A program made the translations under genes and the position numbers. Below the pieces are notes generated by a model, which was given only the letters and a program-made list of their open reading frames with translations, searched no databases and was not told the DNA's origin. Shown here in pieces: positions 36,075 to 41,733 of a stretch of 41,733 nucleotides of DNA. Positions within the stretch are counted from its first letter, which is position 1. Each line of letters begins with the position of its first letter. The stretch covers positions 1 to 41,733 of the forward strand of contig LPNZ01008685.1 in NCBI GenBank assembly GCA_001655205.1, in the 5' to 3' direction. The stretch comes from Lenisia limosa. Lineage: Eukaryota; Protista; Breviatea.

Positions 36075-38021
36075 ATGCATCTTCCTTCACCAAACCACGA
36101 TAACGATGGTCCCAAAGTCTCCCCCGCCTTTCTGATGGGTAAACCGCCGCAAACCCAAACTCTTGAAGAGACATATGATGAGGCATTTAGGCAGATAAAT
36201 ATCATGGAGAAAAAGTTGGGGGGGGGGGTGCTTTAATTCTCTTCCTCACTTGTTTTGTCATGTTTTGTTTTGTTCTTTGCTTCATTCAGCAGTGTTGGAA
36301 AGTGCTCCATTTTTCTGAAACCAATTTCCTCCATTCTTCAAGATGGCCCCAGGTTTGATGAGTTTTTTTTTTTCCCTTTGCTTTTAGCCTTTTGAGAAAT
36401 AATTTTTATCTTACATTGAAGCTGTGGTATTGTTGCATGTTGCATGGCCGCTTCTGCCTTCCTCAATCCACAATCGATCAAGCCAAAAAAGGTTTTTTAT
36501 TCAAAAGGCCTATCAACAAAATCATTTTTCGGTTTTTTTTTGTTTTCCCTCCTTTACTCAATCAGATTCTTGAAGAAGGTATTCGACGAGGTTGGACCAA
36601 GCAAGGAGAAGCTTATTATCCACGTGATCTTGGTGGGAGTTGTTATATGTTGTTGTGCTGAAGGTATTACTTTCCTGATTTAAATTCTATTTGGTAAAAT
36701 TCCGTATCATAGAAAATCCCATGGGTCGCGACTCACTCCCTGGACCATTGTTGTTTGAATGGGGAACATTTCGTTGCCTTTGTCTTTCCATAAAACATTT
36801 CTGTTACTTTTTATCGTTTATCTCTGGTTTTTCCTGGTTGGTTTAATTGGAATATGACCATATACAAGTAACAATGAGAAAAAGGGTGTCGAAGTGAACA
36901 AGAAGAGTAAAGCGGAAGGTGTTGTGGTTAAAAAAAAAAGCGGTGTGGTTGGAGGTGGTGTGATACTCGCCCTTTTGTGTTTTCGAAGGAGGTATTGATA
37001 AAAGGGTGGGATTTCGAAGGAGGTATTGATAAGATGACAAAAGGTGGGATTTCGAAGGAGGTATTGATAAGATGATAAAAGGGTGGGATTTCGAAGGAGG
37101 TATTGATAAGATGATAAAAGGTGGGATTTCGAAGGAGGTATTGATAAGATGATAAAAGGGTGGGATTTTTTTGACAAGGCCTCAGACAGATTGAGATGTG
37201 ACCCATTCAAAATCCCAAATCCCATTTCTTGCCAAATTGATTTTTTTTGCAGAAGTCTTTTTGAAACTGGGATCATGATCCGGCGGCTGAATTGTACACA
37301 AAGAAAACACCCTGAATAATACTTATTCTCTAGCACGCACTTGTGAACAGCTCTTTCCTGCTGTTTGTTTCAGGGTGTCTGAATGCTCAGAAGAGGCAGT
37401 TTTAAACTCCCTCAGGTTTAACTCGCTACCAGTTCTTCCGTAGGAAGGTTTAGGAAAACAACGTTCGACTAATTGCCATATGATTAATTTGTCACATCAT
37501 AGCTTCGACAGTGGACCTGATAATCGGCCTGCAAAATACTCTGGAGAAAAGGCCCATTGGGGGGTTATTGTAGGGGCAATATGGATAGGTTAGTAACTTC
37601 TTTTACCTGAACCAAATATTCAGAAAATAAGTGTGATGAGTCTGAGGAAATGTCAAAAAGTGTGATTCATTACCCCTTAATTGCACAGGTAATTTCGGTT
37701 CCAACGATTAATACATATTTGTTTGTTTTTTTGCTCCAATAAGTTTTTAGCCTTCATACGCATTATTCCGTCATGGCAAGAGTATGCGAGTGCTTGCTTG
37801 TCGATGGCTTGATCTTTTTGAATCAAATGGCCAACTAATCAGGTGGGAATGGTTGAAACTTAAATCAGACTTTGAGCGTTTTGTCCTTTTTATATACTCA
37901 CTACTATGTGTGACTGTCCAGACCAGCCTCCAAAACCCTCAATACAGATTCGTATGTTGTTCCAAAAGCACTTGACGATTTGAGAGGCTCAATGATAGTA
38001 TGTAGTTCTCAATATGAATGA
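36075..38021 (+). CDS. ACTMAP: Actin maturation protease-like (C19orf54/ACTMAP, papain-like C39-related fold)
   Basis: PISSILQDGPSCGIVACCMAAS (nucleophile Cys), ILEEGIRRGWTKQGEAY, PFDSGPDNRPAKYSGEKAHWGVIVG (His), RHGKSMRVLACRWLDLFESNGQL and YVVP are collinear with recalled human ACTMAP motifs. Confidence 0.8.
36981..37165. repeat. Intronic minisatellite, 5 units of 31-39 nt (TTTCGAAGGAGGTATTGATAAGATGATAAAAG(G)GTGGGA)
   Basis: Units start at 36981, 37012, 37050, 37089 and 37127, with no unique spacers. It lies in the 701-nt intron 36633-37333. Confidence 0.95.
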
Positions 38022-38049
38022 CTGAGATTTGGTTAAGGAAATTTGACAT

Positions 38050-40411
38050 TTAAGAGTAAATTGTACTAAGTTTACTATCATACCATCAAAACATATTTTA
38101 CTCGTACCTGAACGTAATCACCATATAAGTGATAACATAAGTTAGGATACTTGTGGTTAAACCGAGGACAATCAGAGCGATAATCTAGGCTTATTACAAC
38201 ACATCTTTCATGAACAGTTAAGCGTAATCAAACCATCACGAGCAAACCTTCACTTTCAACGTATAAGAAGCATCCTCGTTCGGATTCTGTGCAGTGCAGT
38301 TTGGACCAAAGTAGCCCTTCATACTACAATAATAAAAGTCAAAGTACACATCTTACTTACCATTTGTTACACTTTTTCCCAGTCCAAAAGCCATCAACGT
38401 CACTATACATGTTACAGCTATTACACAATAGTATTCGAAATACTCCGTTCAGAAAATCATGCTTACCTTTCAATACACATGTCGCAATTTGGACCAGTAA
38501 CATGGATATTGTCTTTTGTTGAGCAGTATGCGCATGACACTCCATCGTACCAGCCCTTTTCCTCATGACTAGAGATTAATAATGAGTAATAATCAAATTA
38601 AGGACCCCACTAGAATACCACATGAGGTAATACTCATTGAAAGTGATGTTCCCTCTTACTTGAATGCTTTGTCACAATCACAGTGATTATTTCCTGACTC
38701 CAGTCGAACGCATAATCCGTGGACACATGATGGAACACAAGCTACAGGATTATGTAAATATGGAACTGATAACGTTGAAGAAGAAAAACAACATATGATA
38801 TCATATGATAATGAATACTATAAAGGATAAAGTGACCGTCGACAGTCTTCGATTTTTTAAAGGGAAGTCTAATATTATTGAACTTTCCACAGTCCTGTAT
38901 TTATGATATTGATATACCTATCATTAGGGCTTCCCTACGGTCCGAAAAAGACCGGCAAAATATCTATATTTTTATCGAGGATTAATCATAAATTCAGTCT
39001 TTTTTGAGACTACAGGGAAGCCCTACCTATCATATGACTAGATCGATATAAATTACATAGATATTCAACTTGCTTCACTCACATTCAGAGCAAACTGGCA
39101 AAGGAGAGAAGAATGATATTTTGGGTGGGAAAGGCACATACACCTGTGCAACGGCTTCTCTTGAAAGAACCGATATGTCACTCATCACATTAGATGAAAT
39201 AGGGATGTCTCCCAAAAACTAAAAGAATGAAACGTAGCAATCTCATTTTTGCACAAAAGGGAGTTATTTATTGCTTGGTAATAAAACAATTCAACCTACA
39301 GACGAGTGATAGTTTGATAAAGAGTAAATGAAAAACAGTGATGATGAATCAAATTTTTCCAATTTTCGGTCAATTTAGCTTCAAAATCAAGGACAGAAAA
39401 AGTAGTTCCAAAAACAACCATCATGAATTATCGAATAAAAGAAGGTAGCACTCTCCCACAAAAAACACAACGTCTCCGTAATGGTAACGAGAACATAAGA
39501 ATGCCTCAGGGAGCTCCTCAGAAATTGGACTTGGTGGACAGGGCTCTACACCTAAACAGATTTGAGTGACCTTGTGTGAAAGCTTATGCTTTTTGTTTTG
39601 TTTATTAATTGTATCAGAGTATGTTGCCCCTCAAACTCGAGATCAGGGTGGCAGATCTCATTGGATCAAAAACGTTATATACGGTGTTCTTGCCAAGAGG
39701 CCCAACAAGACACTCCCCAAGCTGGTCACCATACCATACTCCGCTGCCCTCAGTCAAATACTACATAATTATCAAGAAGGATGGACAAATAAACCGAAGA
39801 ACAAACAACAAAGTAAATAATTCTGATAGAATGGTTTTCTCACCTGCTCTCTAATAAGTCTCCATTTTGGATACTGGCATGAAACATTAGTGTTGGGAAT
39901 GTCCATAAAAAAGGTCATCTCCATTCGAAGTGCCGCGTGGACAAAATGCACTTCAAAGCACTCTAATCCATGAGAGGGAACAACAAGTTTACATCCACCT
40001 TTTCACCTTCTCACCAAATTCGCTATATCTGGCGTTGACAGCAACAATGTAGCCATCAGAATTGAGTATCGGGAACCCATCTTCTGGGCCAGGTGTTTGG
40101 CTATCGTGGACAGTCTGAAGTGGAGTAAGAGCGAGAGGGGGGGGGGGGCAATGCCATCAGTACAACCCGCAGAAGCCTACACGATCAAAAACGTCTTCCG
40201 TCCCCTTCTGCCCAACAGTGCCTCTTAACTCCATAAATCTGATTAATTCGTTGAGGCCTTCAGTTCGGTGTTCGTTAGTGTCAGCATTCTGAACTGCAAG
40301 GAGCTGTTCTTCCAGTTGCGATGAGAAGTTACCTAATACTAGAGGAAGCAATAACAAGATTACATAGCCGAGAAATGGGAGAAGGACACTGGAGAACCTT
40401 CCAGAAAGCAT
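38050..40411 (-). CDS. Type I membrane protein with signal peptide, unknown ectodomain, EGF/laminin-EGF-like repeats, one TM helix and a very short tail
   Basis: Signal peptide MLSGRFSSVLLPFLGYVILLLLPLVLG. EGF-like region CVPSCVHGLCVRLESGNNHCDCD..GWYDGVSCAYC..GPNCDMC..GFWTGKKCNKCMKGYFGPNC. TM helix IIALIVLGLTTSILTYVITYMVITF. Phases are consistent across about 11 exons. Confidence 0.72.
38925..39025. mobile_element. Non-autonomous hAT-like MITE, copy B (101 bp), in an intron of the EGF-like gene
   Basis: Termini TAGGGCTTCCCT...AGGGAAGCCCTA (12-bp perfect TIR, extending imperfectly). Perfect 8-bp TSD CCTATCAT (38917-38924 and 39026-39033). The interior matches copy A. Confidence 0.88.
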
Positions 40412-40631
40412 ATCCGTATTCTTTGTCTGTCTGTCTCTGTATCTCTGTTCTCTTGCTGCAGTAATGCGCTACCTGTCTCTGCTACTCCCCCTAATAAAAT
40501 ATCAGCCCCCTCCTTATTATTATTACAGACTTATTGTAGCCCCCCCAAAGGCCCGAACCGGCCGCCGTTCATGGAAGAGCCCAGGTTATCATATCATTAA
40601 CACGGCTTAACTCCTTTGTGCCTTAGCTCCA

Positions 40632-41733
40632 TCAGATGATGGCACCACAGGCACCGCCATACTTGGAGCCAAGGCCATCCAATCTGCATTCTATATCGGG
40701 AAAGTCTCCTCTTTTCAGCAAAAATCTCCAAAAATAGGCGTTAAAGCTAAAACCCTTTTTTTTTGTTAAACCACATTTATTTTGTAATAACAAGTGATAA
40801 TATTTTAGTGATAATTCAACAATGACACTTTCCCAGTTTTGGGTCTTGCTGTTGTTTATCGTGCCAGCAGTGTTCTGTAAGTCTCTTCTGTCATTAATAT
40901 TAAACACTAATCTCTTAGCCCAATGTAGACTTGTAAATGATGATGGTGTCAAGTCTTGTCAAGGTATTTTACATTCATTTGAAGCACAAACACTTGTGAG
41001 CTTATTAGTGTAGGTACCTGTCTTAACAAAACTCACAAATGCCTTCCTTCCTTTAACGATGTTGGAGACCTGATTGCTTGCAAATGTGCTGATCCGGTGA
41101 GAGTATTTTCTACATACCATATGATAGCATATGGCATATGATATCTATATCTGTGTACTATATCATTTATAATTGTTGATATAGTATATGATATAGTATT
41201 TTAAATGATATGCAAAGACATATAATATATGATATGTCAAGAGTTACCAGTTGCTTGTAATATATTCAGGGTGTGGACTGCTACCCCCTCTGGGTAAAAA
41301 GAACTGGATGGACGTGCAAGGGAGATTGCGACAGTGACGCTTTGGATTGCGTTCCTGCTTTCGGCCAATACACAAATCCAAATGGACAGGTTTGTAATGC
41401 ATGATCACAAGTACATATCTAGATATGATCGATATATATTGCGCCCGATGACACGCATTTACAGAGCTATTACTCTTGTAGACAAACACCTTCTTTAAGG
41501 GATGCCAGTGCTCCGATGCTCACTGCAAAATGACTCAGGCAGACAACGGTCAAAAGTTCTGTGTCGGCCGATGCCCTCTTTGTAGGTGTTACTTCCAAAG
41601 GTAACGGATTAACTTCGTAGCAACCCCAAATAATCCCATATTCTGTGAGCCAATTTTCTCTCAAGGCCAATTGCGTGATTGCAAATGCCAAGGAGGTTTG
41701 TTTTGCACCTGCTTTACCCATATTTACCTGTCA
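40632..41733 (-). CDS. Partial multi-exon gene running off the window end, product unknown
   Basis: Open minus-strand segments with splice-like ends (QLALRENWLTEYGII.., KYSHRISTFASNQVSNIVKGRKAFVSFVKT, GDFPDIECRLDGLGSKYGGACGAII*). No family recognised. Confidence 0.3.

Noticed and set aside
36981-37165. CRISPR-like array (repeat length 31-39 nt)
   Set aside because: Units are contiguous with no unique spacers, no cas genes are present, and the context is a eukaryotic intron.
1-41733. Non-standard genetic code (stop reassignment) suggested by the many short ORFs
   Set aside because: The short ORFs are explained by introns. Conserved genes end at the expected positions with TAG (MOB1, ARPC3, PIGM), TAA (UBA1, PPIL6) and TGA (MgtE, ACTMAP), with no in-frame stops in well-resolved exons.
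1-41733. tRNA or rRNA genes
   Set aside because: Scanning by eye for T-arm words (GGTTCGA/GGTTCAA) and rRNA hallmarks found only matches without cloverleaf context. tRNAscan-SE and barrnap would settle it.

Overview
Eukaryotic nuclear DNA from a gene-dense, intron-rich organism, probably a flagellated protist (a PPIL6/RSP12-type cyclophilin is present). The standard genetic code applies: TAA, TAG and TGA all terminate recognisable genes. Introns are GT-AG, mostly about 33-150 nt, and there are several N gaps. Manual splicing gives about 15 genes: a calcineurin-B-like EF-hand protein, an MgtE-type Mg2+ transporter, PIG-M, MOB1, ARPC3, an LRR/coiled-coil protein, UBA1, a RasGAP-PH protein, a TXNDC9/phosducin-like protein, PPIL6, a C-type lectin-domain protein, an ankyrin protein, a PDCD4-N-terminus-like microprotein, an ACTMAP-like protease and an EGF-like membrane protein. 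A partial gene runs off the right edge. Most genes sit in head-to-head pairs. The least explained structure is in the few long introns. Two of them (possibly three) hold nested antisense multi-exon ORFs. Those two share one layout: TA-rich island, nested gene, then a 27-nt motif that is 25/27 identical between them. Two other introns carry related ~100-bp hAT-like MITEs with 8-bp target-site duplications. All gene models were spliced by hand and all family calls are from recalled motifs; no search was run.
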